Shown here piece by piece: positions 41,703 to 56,006 of a stretch of 64,000 bases of DNA (position 1 is its first letter; every line of letters starts with the position of its first letter). Below the pieces are notes generated by a model. It had not been told where the DNA came from and did no database searches. It saw only the letters and a program-made list of their open reading frames with translations. Location of the stretch: contig NC_043003.1 in assembly GCF_006345805.1 (NCBI RefSeq), positions 54,250,001 to 54,314,000 on the forward strand, in the 5' to 3' direction. This DNA is from Octopus sinensis. Taxonomy: Eukaryota. The translations under genes were made by a program, and so were the position numbers.

Positions 41703-43807
41703 GGTACATTTGACTATTAGAGAACCTCTAACTTATGAGATAACAAGCGGTGGTTTTGATAAACACAAATAAAATAAATAGAAAGACACACACTCATACG
41801 CACACACAGGTACCAACACACACACATACACCTACTCACATACACATACGCACACACATATACGCGCGCACTCGTATACACGCTGGGATTTCGCCAAGTT
41901 TCTTTCTACGAAAGTTAGTCACAATGCATCTAGGATTTAGTGCAAGGCATATGCCCAAAGTGCCGCGTTGTGTCACTGAACAACGGAGCTATGTGGTTCT
42001 AAAAGGAAATTCTTATATCTTTATTCGTGTAATGCCATTGTGAAATTGCTCTCTTAACCATTTCTCTAAAATTCCATGTTGATGCAATTTGTCCAAAATT
42101 GCATCATAATCTGTATGCCTCCAAGACGAACGATTTACAAAGCAGTTTACCCATACATCTTCGAAGATGTTAAACTGTTTGGGTGTATTTTTGATGCAGT
42201 CTGTAGAGTTACGGTTTTTGTGCTGGCCTTTTAGCCTAGACTAATAGAGACAGATTATATATTGACATGATGTTATGGTGTTGCGACAGTAAATACCGAA
42301 CAAAAAAAGAAACAATACAAGACTAATGTTTGACTAATATCAAATATTGTATTAGTTTAACGTTTTACTGGACACGGAGTATCTGTGACAACGTTTCGAA
42401 ATTTAGTCATTCATCAGAGTGTGTGTGTATGTGAGAGAGAGAGAGCGCGCGAGAGAGAGAGAGAAAGAGAGCGAGAGAGAGAGAGAGAGAGAGAGAGGGA
42501 GATTGAGTGAGCGTATCGGGAAATGAGAAGGAAGTGAAAGAGTAAAATAGATAGGTAAATGGTAGAAATAGTTGGGATATTCTACAGAGGGTAGAGTTAA
42601 TAAGTGAAGGGGTGAGTGTGTAGATGCAAGCATTAGATTATGACGGTTTTCTAATGGCCATAAGGAGGAGGAGTTGTTAGTGTTGTGTAGGTATGTGTAT
42701 GCTATTAGTGTGGTGTAGGTATGTACATAGTGTAGAATCAGCCCAGCCGGCTCAGCTAAGGTGGCTCACTGTGTTGTTGCTTGTATGTAATATTTCAGTG
42801 GGTTGGGTTAAGGCAAGGAAGCGAGGAAGCGAGGACTTGTTCGTGTGGGAGGAGATCAACGTATTAAGGAAGTGTATGGAGTAGCGATAGTAAGCTGAAT
42901 GTTACTTACGAGTGTATAAGTATATAACAAATTCAGGTATGGATGGGGAATCTTTATAAATAAATAATTTTGTGAAGCGAAGAAAATCAAAGAAATTTAG
43001 AAAAATACACAACAATAATAAAGGGTGGTGATGGTAAAAATAATGTAGTTTGGAGGCGAACAGAACATTCGGTACTAGAATATACATTTGATTTCACACA
43101 CACACGCATACACACACACACACACATACACACACACACACGCACACACACATACACACACAGACACACAACCAGGTACGCACACACTCATACACATCCG
43201 TGCGCGCGAAAAATAAGCTACTCTTAGGCACCATTCGCATGAAAAATAAACAATAATTACCATAGATTTCGGAATTATTACAAACATTTCTTACAAAATA
43301 TGCATTTTATGATTTGTATAATTATGTTATTGATAAGTGGTTATCGATCTAATTAGTGGCTGTGAATGTATATTTATTTTGTGCAAGCTCTATATCTTCC
43401 CTTTACATTGCTGTTGTTTGATCCCGATTTAGCTCAGATTGAGCAGGTGTATAATTGAAATTATACCAGCGTTGAGTATCCTGCTCTTTGTTTTTTCTTT
43501 CTATATGCGAGGATGCCTTGAGAATCCATTATCTAATGTGTATATTTATTAGATGTAGAGTGTAATAAGGGAGATTTGACTGATATTTCTAGTAAATAGT
43601 GCAACTATTTCAATAAACCCGTTACAAGTGTGTTGTCAGTATAGACAATATTTTTGTTTCTAATTTCACATAGGTCTCTAAATTTGTGAAATATGTTCAC
43701 AGAAAAGTTATTTGTAATTTGGGATCATGCAGATACTATGAAGTGACGATGAAATTACATAAAATTGATATTTTATTATTTTAATAAATTTCCGAGCTTC
43801 TGAGGAG

Positions 43808-43925
43808 AGAAGCTGGCGGAATAGTTGCCATACCGGAAAAATTGCTTAGCAAAATTTCTTCAGGCTCTTCCTTCTGAGTTCAAATTCCGCGCTGGTTGAC
43901 TTTGCTTTTCATTTTTTGGAGTCTC
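43808..43925 (+). mobile_element. SINE family C 5' fragment
   Basis: gagttcaaattcc...gttgactttgcttttcat. Confidence 0.55.
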
Positions 43926-44159
43926 TCTTTTACTCTCTTTTAGTTATTTCAGTCATTTGATTGCAGCCATGCTGGAGCACCGCCTCTAGTCAAGCAAATC
44001 GATCCCAGGACTTATACTTTGTAAGCCTAGTACTTATTCTATCGGTCTCTGTTGCCGAACCGCTAAGTTACGGGGACGAAAACACACTAGCATCGGTTGT
44101 CAAGCGATGTTGGGGTGACAAAGACAGACACACGCACACACACTCACACACACACACAC

Positions 44160-44200
<41 letters not shown>

Positions 44201-44388
44201 CGACAGGCTTCTTTCAGTTTCTGTCTACCAAATCCACTCACAAGGCTTTGGTCGGCCCGAGGCTATAGTAGAAGACACTCGCCCATGGTGCCACGCAGTG
44301 GGACTGAACTTGGAACCATGTGGTTGGTAAGCAAGCTACTTACCACACAGCTACTCCAGCGCCTACTTACCACACAGCCACTCTTGCG
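43922..44388 (-). mobile_element. SINE family A, with a duplicated 5' end
   Basis: Homology to the other copies; ctacttaccacacagc occurs twice at 44337-44380. Confidence 0.9.
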
Positions 44389-45362
44389 ATAAAATAAATA
44401 TCCTTTGAACACCGGGATCGACTCCATTAATATAGTTCCTTCCCGAAATAGCTGACCCGGTACAAAATTTGAAACCGATATATACAAGAGCTACATTTCA
44501 TTTAAGATTTGAAGAAGAAATGCATTTTGTTTCATTGATCAGGAACGTGAAATATTTTCTTTTTATTACGTTGTTGAAAATTCACATTATTTGTTTTCTC
44601 CTCTGTACGAATTATATCATATACGAGTCTATTGTTACTTGCTACTGTACAGTAGCTTCTCCTAATTTTGCTATTGATGAATAAGACCAGGATCTTTTGA
44701 TGGAACTGATGTATGATTAGACCGTTACATTTCTGATAAAATGCGAGCGATTTTATTTTCAAATAAGTTGTGCATACTATGCAACAGTATGTAAGTGTTG
44801 CGGGTGGTTGTGTGTTATGTGAGAAAAAAGGCACGGGATTCTATTTTCAGCAGGTTGACCGACTATGTAGATGGTTCTACGTTTGTTTCGTAGCCGCCCA
44901 ATTCTAGATTTCTACTTGTGTACTTAGTTATCTGTCCTCCTTGTAAACCTTGGGGTAACATGGCGGCTAGAAAGATTAAAGAGTCATAGATAAACATAGC
45001 AATGGATTAGAATACACTTTTTAATCAAATAAAACTTCACCAATATTAAAAGAGAGCTTATCTTGCAGCTTACCAGAACATAGCAGTAAGACCAATGAGA
45101 TTAGACATTAATAACCAGCAGTGACAATTTGCTTTGTAGTTTAATAATCTATAAGTCTGATCCAGTGACCTCGTGCAATATAGTGTACTAACGTCTAGGT
45201 CGACATAAATCTACCAGTTGGACACAACACACACATGTACCCGCGCGCGCGGGCACACACACTCGCAGACACGTCTGTATGTATGTATATATAGAGAGAG
45301 AGGGAGGGGAGAGATATAGATGGATGAATATGTATATGATTACACAAACATCTATCAAAAAC

Positions 45363-45397
<35 letters not shown>

Positions 45398-45542
45398 CCA
45401 AATATTAAGACAAAGAAAATTCTTTAACACATCTTTAATGAATCGTTATGAGCGTGCGTGCGAGCGTGTGTTCGCGTCTGTGTTTGTGTGTGTGTATGAG
45501 TGTGCGTGCGTTTGTTAGTGTGTGTATATATATGTGTGTCTG

Positions 45543-45605
<63 letters not shown>

Positions 45606-46162
45606 ATGTATATGTGTGTGTGTGTGTGTATCAGTTAGTAGCTAGGACACGATATTTCGTTTTGCAAAAATATTATACTACCGAGAACAGTAAAGATTTA
45701 CACTTCAATATTTTGTCTTCTGTTTGTGCTACGATTGCGATAATCTCATTGTTTAAGTTTGTCTGTATATGTTTCTATAGAATTCAGAGTCACCACTGTA
45801 AGTTACGACGTTGCGTACTCGAATCCATCTCGGCAAACAATGCGACCGAAGACAGAAAAAAAATGTAAATTTATGGGTGTATATGCAGATTTCAAAAGTT
45901 ACTGTCCTTTCATCAATACTACATCTAACTCGTCAAATATCTACGAACGGATTGCTTAAATATCCACTACGTTTAGTGATGCAACACTTGGTCTAATCAA
46001 CTTACATATTAAGCACATTTCTGGCAGCTCATAAATAAATATTTATTTCCTGGTAAGGACACAGAATTTTGCTTTGCAGCCATAATATATTGTCAAGTAT
46101 ATAAATGGGATACAAGTCAATATTTCTCTGTTAGCACAGCGATATTCTCGTTTTTAAGCTTA

Positions 46163-46221
<59 letters not shown>

Positions 46222-46270
46222 ATCTATCTATCTATCTATCTATTTTCTATATATATATGTATACTTCTAA

Positions 46271-46566
46271 TCTTTATATATAAAAGAGAGGTTGTGTGTC
46301 TGTCTCCTACGATTTAGATTCCTAACTACTCCCACATTTTGCGGTGCAGTTTAACCAAAACCGGGTATCTTATAGTCGTGATTCATATCGAGCTCTTCTG
46401 GGTATTAGCGCGCGTCTACGATGAGTCAACGATTAAAAAAAAAAAATACCATAATTTTTTTTCCATTTTTAATGCATTTTTTGCTATTTTTTGGCTATAA
46501 CTCTCTAAAAATACTTATATAGTTATTTCCCTTACAAACCCGAGCAACGCCGGGCGATACTGCTAG
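46271..46566 (+). mobile_element. Non-autonomous Helitron (296 bp)
   Basis: Begins A|TC at 46271 and ends CTAG|T at 46566, with a GC-rich subterminal hairpin CCCGAGC-AAC-GCCGGG at 46539-46554 and no TSD. Confidence 0.85.
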
Positions 46567-46659
46567 TATAGAATAAAACTCTTTAAAAAAAAATTTAGTA
46601 GCAGCATATCAAGATACGTTTAAAGGTGAAAAATTATAAACAATTTATAAACAAGAGCA

Positions 46660-47240
46660 AAAGAAAAAGATTTCTATACCAATATGCTGAGGATAGACTT
46701 CAAATCGTCAATCACCACATTACAATATAAATTCACCATGAATACACGTCGTGCTCAAATCGAGGAAGGCAAGCTAACAGAATTTTAAAAAAAGCTCGTT
46801 ATCTCTATATGGAATCAATTTCGGGATTAATGCTACGGAATTTTCGCTCTTCAGTAGAGAATACGATAAGAAATAAATGAAATACTTACAAGCACCCATG
46901 CAAAAAAGCAGAAGCAAGAATCATGTGTACACATAAGTACCCCAGTTATATCTAAATGTAAAATCGTTTGGCAAGCCTATATATGTAGAAGGTTGAAAAG
47001 GAACACAGGAATTAATATATATGGAAATAAAAGTCAAGGTAGAAAATACTAAAATAATTTTATAGAAACATATCACTACCGGTTTCAGTCATTGAGAATT
47101 TCTTCTATTGTAAGTATGGAAAACAATTTGGAAAAATTAAAAGAAAAGTTTTATAAAAGAATATTTCCATAGCATTCAAATACAAGGGTCATTTTCCTTA
47201 TTTCTGCCTGTCTCTATCTCTCTTGTTTACTCTTCTGGGT
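46660..47240. mobile_element. Diverged copy of the PLE-like repeat family seen at 2945-3150
   Basis: Shares cgttatctctatat.gaatcaatttcgg, cttcagtagag and aaaaagcagaagc segments in the same order. Outer boundaries approximate. Confidence 0.55.
46803..46859 (-). ncRNA. Diverged type I hammerhead motif of the same family as 2998/3241
   Basis: Minus strand CUCUA-CUGAAGA-GCGA...UCCC-GAA-AUUGAUUCCAU-A-UAGAG. Core and helix I intact; helices II and III each carry mismatches. Confidence 0.6.
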
Positions 47241-47271
47241 TCGATGACCTCGAGCCCCCCATATATATATA

Positions 47272-47316
<45 letters not shown>

Positions 47317-47319
<3 letters not shown>

Positions 47320-47733
47320 TCTTTACTCTTTACTCTTTTAATTGTTTCAGTCATTTGACTGCGGCCATGCTGGAGCACCGCCTTTAGTCGAGCAAATCGA
47401 CCACGGGACTTATTCTTTGTAAGCCCAGTACTTATTCTATCGGTCTCTTTTGCCGAACCGCTAAGTGACGGGGACGTAAACACACCAGCATCGGTTGTCA
47501 AGCAATTCTAGGGGGACAAACACAGACACACAAACACATACACACTCACATATATATATATACATATATATGACAGGCTTCTTTCAGTTTCCGTCTACCA
47601 AATCCACTCACAAGGCATTGATCGGCCCGGGGCTATAGCAGAAGACACTCGCCCAAGATGCCACGCAGTGGGACTGAACCCGGAACCATGTGGTTGGTTA
47701 GCAAGCTACTTACCACACAGCCACTCCTGCGCC
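47317..47733 (-). mobile_element. SINE family A, full length, inserted in (AT)n
   Basis: Homology to the other copies. Confidence 0.9.
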
Positions 47734-47764
<31 letters not shown>

Positions 47765-48482
47765 CTATGTGTATGCACAGTGGTCATATGTTTTTCCAGA
47801 TTGTGGGCCGGCTGCGATACTTTGGCGTAAAAGAATATATTCTCATGAATTCGCCTGGTGTTAAAACATCAGGAAATCATAGACAAGTTAGATAACTCGC
47901 ATCAGCGATAATATATATATATGCATATATATATATATATATCCTATGTATATACTACTACAAATTATATAATTTACCTATTTCTTTAAATTCTAAAAGA
48001 TCATTATAACTTTAAATGATACCAGAGTCTATAGCCGTATCTTATTTCATAGCAATCTCTACTATCATGTATATTAAGCTTTTATAACTATTTAACCTAA
48101 ATTATGCTTTGCGAAGGACCATCAAACGAATAATTCCTAGGTTGCTTCAACCACAGACATGGGAACAACCTAGAATAAAGCCGCTCAGAACTCTTTAGCC
48201 TGGATGAATATATACCGCAACTGAAGCAACTTAATGCTCATAAGTGCTACATCAAGGGAAAGTAGGACACTTAAGCACCAAAAACGTGTTGGACTGAAAT
48301 CTAACGTGAATGTAATGTGAATAAATACTCTGCTAAACAAGATGCGAAGATGGATAATCCTCTATTCATTTTTATGATGTTATACATACACACACACACC
48401 CACACACACACACACACACACGCTCACTCACACACATACATATATATAGATATGTAGATATATGTATATATATATATGTATA

Positions 48483-48545
<63 letters not shown>

Positions 48546-48566
48546 ATATATATATATATATGTATA

Positions 48567-48608
<42 letters not shown>

Positions 48609-49037
48609 CATACATATCTATCTGTATATTTTAAATATATACATATATAACATATAATCACATGCAAGTACACAAAAGTGCACTTTTATATATACTCACG
48701 CACCCTCATATATACGCACACACATATATAATTATTCTATTGAATTTTAGATTTACAATCGTCTAAGTGCTTGTAAATTATTAATTAGATCGGTTTCTGC
48801 AATGAATTTCACTTATATTCTTCAGCTGTATTGCAGAACTTTCATAAACGTTGGAATCTATTTACAGTGTGCTACCAGTAATTTTTGTACATTTATTCCT
48901 GGCAATAATAGCAAAATCTGCAAAAGTAAGGGTGTAATTTTGTTTCTTTTAATCCGGCTTTATAATTGATTGTTTGTTATACGCATGTATGTGTGCGCAT
49001 GTATATATGTGTCTGTGTGTATTTGTGCGTATGTATG

Positions 49038-49099
<62 letters not shown>

Positions 49100-49393
49100 T
49101 ATATATGTGTGTGTGTGTGTGTGTGTGTTTGTGTGTATATATAATATAAATTATATATATATACATATGCATATGTAGGTACAGAACGTCATCAAATGTA
49201 AACAACATGAAATACGGAAACAGGGAATACGAACATTTGGGAGGAACAACGAAAGTAACAAATTGAAAACAAGACAAGTAACATAAAGAACGACCCTTCA
49301 TCATCTGTATTATATGATTGAACGCCACGCATCCATATCCAAGTAACTTTATCTATCTATCTATATATATATATGTGTGTGTGTGTGTGTATA

Positions 49394-49472
<79 letters not shown>

Positions 49473-49504
49473 TATATATGTATGTTTATATATATATATA
49501 CATA

Positions 49505-49539
<35 letters not shown>

Positions 49540-50680
49540 TGTGTGTATGCTGCGTGCGTTCGTGTGTTTCTATGTGTGTGTGTGCGTACGGGTATATTTT
49601 CTGTAGGGTAGTGTTTTTTAAAGATAAACAGTCACTCACTCACCGGTACAAATGGCCACACACGCATTTATGTCGAGAGTGTCGGAGTATTTCTGCGTTT
49701 AAATGCAGCTGTATATTTATCTCTCATTCTCTTTGTATTTTTAATGTATTTCATCCCTGTGTTCAATGCATATCTATTTATACACTTAGGCATTGCGAGA
49801 CCAAAAACCCCATGTAGAACTCAATACACGTGTGTTTCAGAAAGTAGTGTTGGCTGAGTATAGAACGGTTATAAGAAAGAGATATAGCAAAAAAATAAAT
49901 GATTATCTTATGGACTACAGTAGCTTACGGCTGTTTCTGACATAGTTGTTATTCAGGCATTCAACTATGGATCCGTTGCAACTTATAGCAGACACAACCG
50001 TAAGATTATGAACTTCATTAGATAATCATTTATTCTTTGGTCATTTATCATTCTGTGAAATTAGAGGCGTGTATATGTGTTGATGAATAAACGTATATAT
50101 GTGTATACTGTAAGATTATACGCATATATGTGTGTGTACATGTGTTTATATGATTGTGTGTGCTTGTACATACGTAGAGGTAGGTTTGTATTAGCATGTA
50201 TGTATCTAAGACATTGTATCTATTCGCCGTTATACTGTGGTTAGAGGAACATATATATATATAACCTTCGACAGAGTAACAGTTACATATACAACTTGAA
50301 GATACATATCAGTACATAAACACACGGTTACATGTACATACACATATACACACGGTTATATGTACATACACATATACACACATGCAGACTTGTCTACTCA
50401 CATACGTAACTACTCACATACATACATACATACATACATATATACATACATACATACATACATACATACATACAAAAATACATACATACATTCATAATTA
50501 CATACATATATACATATCGTGAACTAAATGTTACTTTCTTAGATGCAGCACGAACTTTTGTCTGTGAACAGGTCGCGGTTTCAAAGCGACGAAAATATTT
50601 TAATGCAAATTAAACTTAAATACTGAAGTGAAACTAACGGCTCTTGTGCGTTCTTAAACATCTTCCACGCTGCAATTGTG

Positions 50681-50741
<61 letters not shown>

Positions 50742-50870
50742 GCGCACACACACAAATAGAGGTTACAAACCTTATTCAGGGATAGCAAAATCTTATGAAA
50801 GTACCTATACAAAGAATGTTGAACATTACAGTTAATACTGAACTGCAAGTTAACTATAGAAACATTGGTG

Positions 50871-50939
<69 letters not shown>

Positions 50940-50994
50940 TTATAATAAGATAAGAATATAAAGAGATAATTAATGTAGTTACAAGCTGAAAATG

Positions 50995-51220
50995 CATTGT
51001 GAGTGGAGTTTGGAGATGGAAACTGAATGAAGCCCTTCGTATATATGTGTGTGTACGTATGTGTGAGTGTGTATGTGCGTAACTTAGGGGTTCGGTAAAA
51101 GCGATCGATAAATAAGTACTACGCTGAAGATATAAGTACTGGGGTTGACTCGTTCGACTAAAATTCTTGAACGCGGCATCCTAGCCCCGCTGCAGTCAAA
51201 AGATTGAAACAAGTATAAGA
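50995..51220 (+). mobile_element. Old, diverged SINE family A copy
   Basis: ggaaactgaa.gaagccc.tcgtatatatg ... ataagtact ... gcagtcaaa.gattgaaacaagta. Confidence 0.65.
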
Positions 51221-53628
51221 TCTATAATACATACGCATACACACACGCACACACACACACACATAAATACACACCCACGCATACATATATGCATATATGT
51301 GTGTGTGTGCGTATATGTGTGTATGTGTGTGCGTGCGCATTATTTGTAATTCACTGAAATTTTAACGATAAAACTTTATAAATGAAATAGAATATTTATA
51401 TAACTTACCAGTTTTATATTATACAGCTATCCATGAATTTGTAATTAATGATTTTATCATTTCATGATGGCATATGTTTTGTGTGATGTTCTTATAATTC
51501 ATAATTTTAATAAGCAGATATTAGCAATAGCAGAGAAAGTAATAAATTATTCTTATTAACAGTAACAGGGAATTAATATGTGGAATATCCATTTTCTCCA
51601 ATTAATAATTGCAATAAATATAAATGTATATTTATTAAACGTGCGCATTTGAGCGTGGTCGATATTTTTCAATGCATGTAGCTACATCTATCCGTTGCTG
51701 TTAAAATCTTCCTTCACCATATTGACTTAGATGAATATTATTTATTTCAGTTGATGATTCCGTGCACATGTATCTATACATTCATTAAGACGTATTTGTC
51801 TGTAAATGGAAAATCATATTTGCTCTCTATATCGTGTCACGCCTTTTCTTAAATTCGTTCCTTTGAGCCTGCATATTTCCTATCATATCTTAAACGAGTA
51901 ATTACATACATTAACTTTGTAGACGTACAGGTAAAATCGTTTCCTTGAAATGGAATCCTTTTTCAAAGTGGAATTCTGAAATATGGACAAAATTAGATTA
52001 TTCCAAAGATTTTTTCAAAGCATTTGCTCTGTTAATTCTGTAGTTGTTCAATATAATTTAGGATCAGTTGATATTATCTTTCTTGATTCTGACTATCCAC
52101 CACTGTTTATAACTGGATTTTTATTTGTAGAATTTGATTCATTGTGGTAACGTTTTACAGCAGTGGTACATTTCGCAGGTAATATTATAGGCTTCATTGT
52201 TTTTAGGATTGTTGGTAGCGACATATATTAACACTTTCAATTCAAATGCATTGTTTAGTTTTACTTGTGTTTGTACCCTGACATCAATTGCAACCCATCA
52301 TCTTTTAAGAATGGGGAGATATGAATCTGGACGAGTATATCATTAAGTTTCTGGAGTAGTTTATTACGATACTTATATTACATACATCTGTGCATATCCT
52401 CTTGGGAAACTAAAGGGTATATTTGTTCAAGTATGATTGTCATCGATTATATATTGAATCGGGTCTGTAATATATAAGTCTATAATATCTGTCTCCTGCT
52501 GAATTTCATAATAAAATAACTAAAATTAGTAAGGTCTCTTAAGTGTGTTCCTTTGACAGTCAAATGCCAATATTAATAATTTTTATAAACCCATTCATCG
52601 AGAAACCATTTCCAGTTCTCTTTTGTATACAGGTAGGAAAGATTTCCGTATGTTCTTGATTTACTGTGCTTTCCTAATATCTATAACTTAATTTACGTTG
52701 ACTAGGGTTACTTTGGTCCGCATTATATTTCCGCGTTTTGTATGTAATAATTTACATCAAATGTAAAATTGATATTTTTGAGGATAAATTTTAATACTTT
52801 AATTATCGATTCATTTCTATACATTCTAGAAATATTTATACATATTTGTCCAACAAGAGTATGATTGATTCTATTTCTTAATCGTGAGTGATATTTGTAA
52901 GCCAATCTAATACATCAAAATAAGCAATGCGTCTTTTTATTCACGAATAGTTTTGGGGAGATGTTTCAACGCACTTTGATCATCTACTAATGTACATTTT
53001 GAAATCGTTTCAATAAAATGCATGAAAACAATATTAAGGCGGTGGTCGTGACCACCTATTATTAGACTTAATTTTAAATTTAGTGATAAAACATAGACGC
53101 ATATACTTGTGAACTTAGCATGTAACGTCATTTTGTATCTGTGAAATTCTGGTAAATCATAGGGAAGACAGATTATACTAAAAATTTCTTCTGAAATTTG
53201 ATTGATCATTCTTTTTCGGTGTAAATGTAACAGATCTGCATGATTTTTTATTTCTCCCAGTTGATTGCTGTTTTTAGATATTTTGTAGTTTATATTGCCT
53301 TCAATCATTAAGAAGACAATATTTTTATGGAAATTCAGAATCCGCCAAACATGTAGCTTCCTTCCATTTCCCAGCGTCTGAAACTGGCAATTCGTTTTCA
53401 TTATTTCAGTTCAATTATATATGTCAATCAGTAGCCCTGGTGTTTGACTTAAGCCCTTTGGTTATGTGTGACATTACATGGAAAATGTCATTTTGATCAC
53501 AAAATTAAGTGTTTTATTTCCACCGTTTTATGAAAAGTAGCTGCAAATATAAAAATGCTTGTCCATATTCATACGTACATGAACACTTATATACATACAT
53601 ATGTGGGTGTGTGCTTGTGTGTGAGTAC

Positions 53629-53684
<56 letters not shown>

Positions 53685-53972
53685 GTGTGTGGTGTTCATT
53701 TATCTTTTCACCTGTGCTACATGAATACCTTATATAATTTTTACCTATACGTTTTTTCCAAGATGGCCACTTGATATGATCGTTATACTAAACAATAGTC
53801 TTAACCTTTTTATATATAAAAATATATATTCGCTTCGTGTTATCATATTCACTGCAGTGATATTTTGACCATATAACACATAGTGTAAGACGAACAAATG
53901 AATTACTTTGGTATATACGTGCACATATATGTACGTATACGTGCGTATATGTAAGTATTCGTATTTTTCAAA

Positions 53973-54027
<55 letters not shown>

Positions 54028-54504
54028 CTATACAATATGTTACATTACTCGGTAGTCAAGATAAATATGTCTAAATACAAGGACAGAGCTTTTCGGATCA
54101 TGCCCACATGTGACTAAATTTCTGTTACGTTTTTGGTCCCCTAAAGAAAACGGATAGAACATGCTTTCTGTGTTATGTCCCAAAAAGATTTTATATATTT
54201 TTATATATTTTTATATATTTTTATGTATTTTTATATAATTTTTATGACGAAAAATGCGAGCGATGTACGCAGGCAAAACAGAGTTATAACAGAGTAATTT
54301 CCCTTCATTTTTAACGGTATTTTTTCATAACGTTTTCAAATAGCCAGATAACCGAAGAGATGGTGTTGTGGATTTCCACTTCGGCATCTGAAACTCAAAG
54401 TTTTATCTTGACTACCGAGTAATGTAACATATTGTATAGATAAATTTCCTCTATTTACATAATATTGAGGTCTCTTTCTTTCTTTTGTTATCTTACCGTT
54501 TTAT

Positions 54505-54546
<42 letters not shown>

Positions 54547-54564
54547 TTTCTAAATGAAACCACA

Positions 54565-54780
54565 TCTTTGGCGATTTTTTCTTCCGTCATCTTTTTCTCT
54601 TCGACTTCCCTCTGTCTTCTTTTTCTGAAGAAGAGCTTTGCTCGAAACATAAAACCACCTTTCTCTGCTTCTCTGAGCGTCTGCTAATACTTTGCATTTA
54701 CCACGTCCTCGCGTGGCTGTTTGCTCTTCTTGTGTTTGTTCTCGTTTTCTTTTTTTTTTTTGGTGGGTGGGATTTACTAT
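54565..54780 (+). mobile_element. Variant minimal-hammerhead dispersed repeat
   Basis: Shares ccacgtcctcgcgt.g.tgttt and gaagagc...gctcgaaac with 34890-35068. Confidence 0.6.
54622..54654 (+). ncRNA. Minimal type I hammerhead motif (extra A before helix II)
   Basis: UUU-CUGAAGA-A-GAGC-UUU-GCUC-GAA-ACAU-A-AAA. Helix III palindrome ACGU is changed to ACAU. Confidence 0.6.
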
Positions 54781-54822
54781 ATATGTATATATATTTGTAA
54801 TTATGTACTAATTTTGGCTTAT

Positions 54823-54878
54823 TTCTACTGATGAAGGCAAAGTATTTTCTTACTAAGCCTGAAATCGCCGATGTAGAG
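54823..54878 (+). ncRNA. Type I hammerhead motif with a non-cleavable G17
   Basis: UUCUA-CUGAUGA-AGGC(18-nt loop)GCCU-GAA-AUCGCCGAU-G-UAGAG. Same helix I as the 3241 family, perfect core and helix II, but the triplet is AUG rather than NUH. Confidence 0.7.
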
Positions 54879-55409
54879 TTAACCATTCAGTTTATGCTAA
54901 TTTGTTTGTTCATTTATCTCTTCACCTTTGCTATATGAATACAGGATGTGGTTCTAGAGTCAGTTGTCACTGCTATTTCTGGCATGGTGGTGCCTCTTCG
55001 ATATCCTTAATTATAATTATATATGTATATGTTCATACATACATGTATATATGTGTGTGCGTATGTATGTATATATAATGAACATTATATACGATAACTC
55101 TTTTGTGCAAATAATTACAAAGCTTTCCGGTAGAGAGGTTTAGTTGAGTAAATGTATGCAAATGTATTCTAGCTCACTAGGAGCGCCACTGAGTGGTCTT
55201 TTGATCTGCTAGACAGAACAACCAAATATTTCTGAAACCTTTCTTACGCAATTAAATACCCTACATTGGATAATAAGAATTTGGGCACACCATAATAATA
55301 AAAAAAGACGTATGTTTTATAGAATGTATTTGATAATAGGCCTGCCACGTAAGAGCTAACGTATAAGAACCCACGCTACAACAACAACAACAATACCAAT
55401 GCAATCTTA

Positions 55410-55600
55410 TCTTTCATCTTTTATATTTTTCAGTTTTTGAGATGCTGTAGAACCGCCTTGAAGGATCTTCGTCGATGGAATCTACTGCTGTACTTATTTT
55501 TTTTTAAGCCAGGTACTTTTTCTATCGGGGTCTTTTGCTAAATTATTTTATAACGGGGACGTAAGCAGGCCGACACCTGTTGTCAAGTGGAGTACAAGCA
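55410..55600 (-). mobile_element. Old, diverged SINE family A 3' half
   Basis: tacttatt...tctatcgg.gtcttttgc...aacggggacgtaa. Confidence 0.55.
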
Positions 55601-56006
55601 CACGCACACAAATGCATATACGTACATATATATATGTATGTATATATGTATGTATGTATGTAGGTATATATACAAGCATCTATGTATCTATCTATATGTA
55701 TATATATATATATATATATATAATTTCAACAATTGACGGTAAAATTAATTAATTAATCAATTTCACCAAGTATTCAGTATGCAAAGGGACCATTTAAGGC
55801 GAATTCAAATTATTACATTATATAAAAGGGCTTAGTAAAATAAATTACTTTGCCGCATACTGAACTCATTAGAAATAGCAGCTAAAAAAACTTTTTTAAA
55901 ACTATTTCTAATACTTAAAGAAAACCTCTCTCATATAGTGTTTGCTCAATTCAACTCACGAAAGTATGGGGGTAAAGACATTAAAAAATCAAATGCAAAG
56001 GTTATT

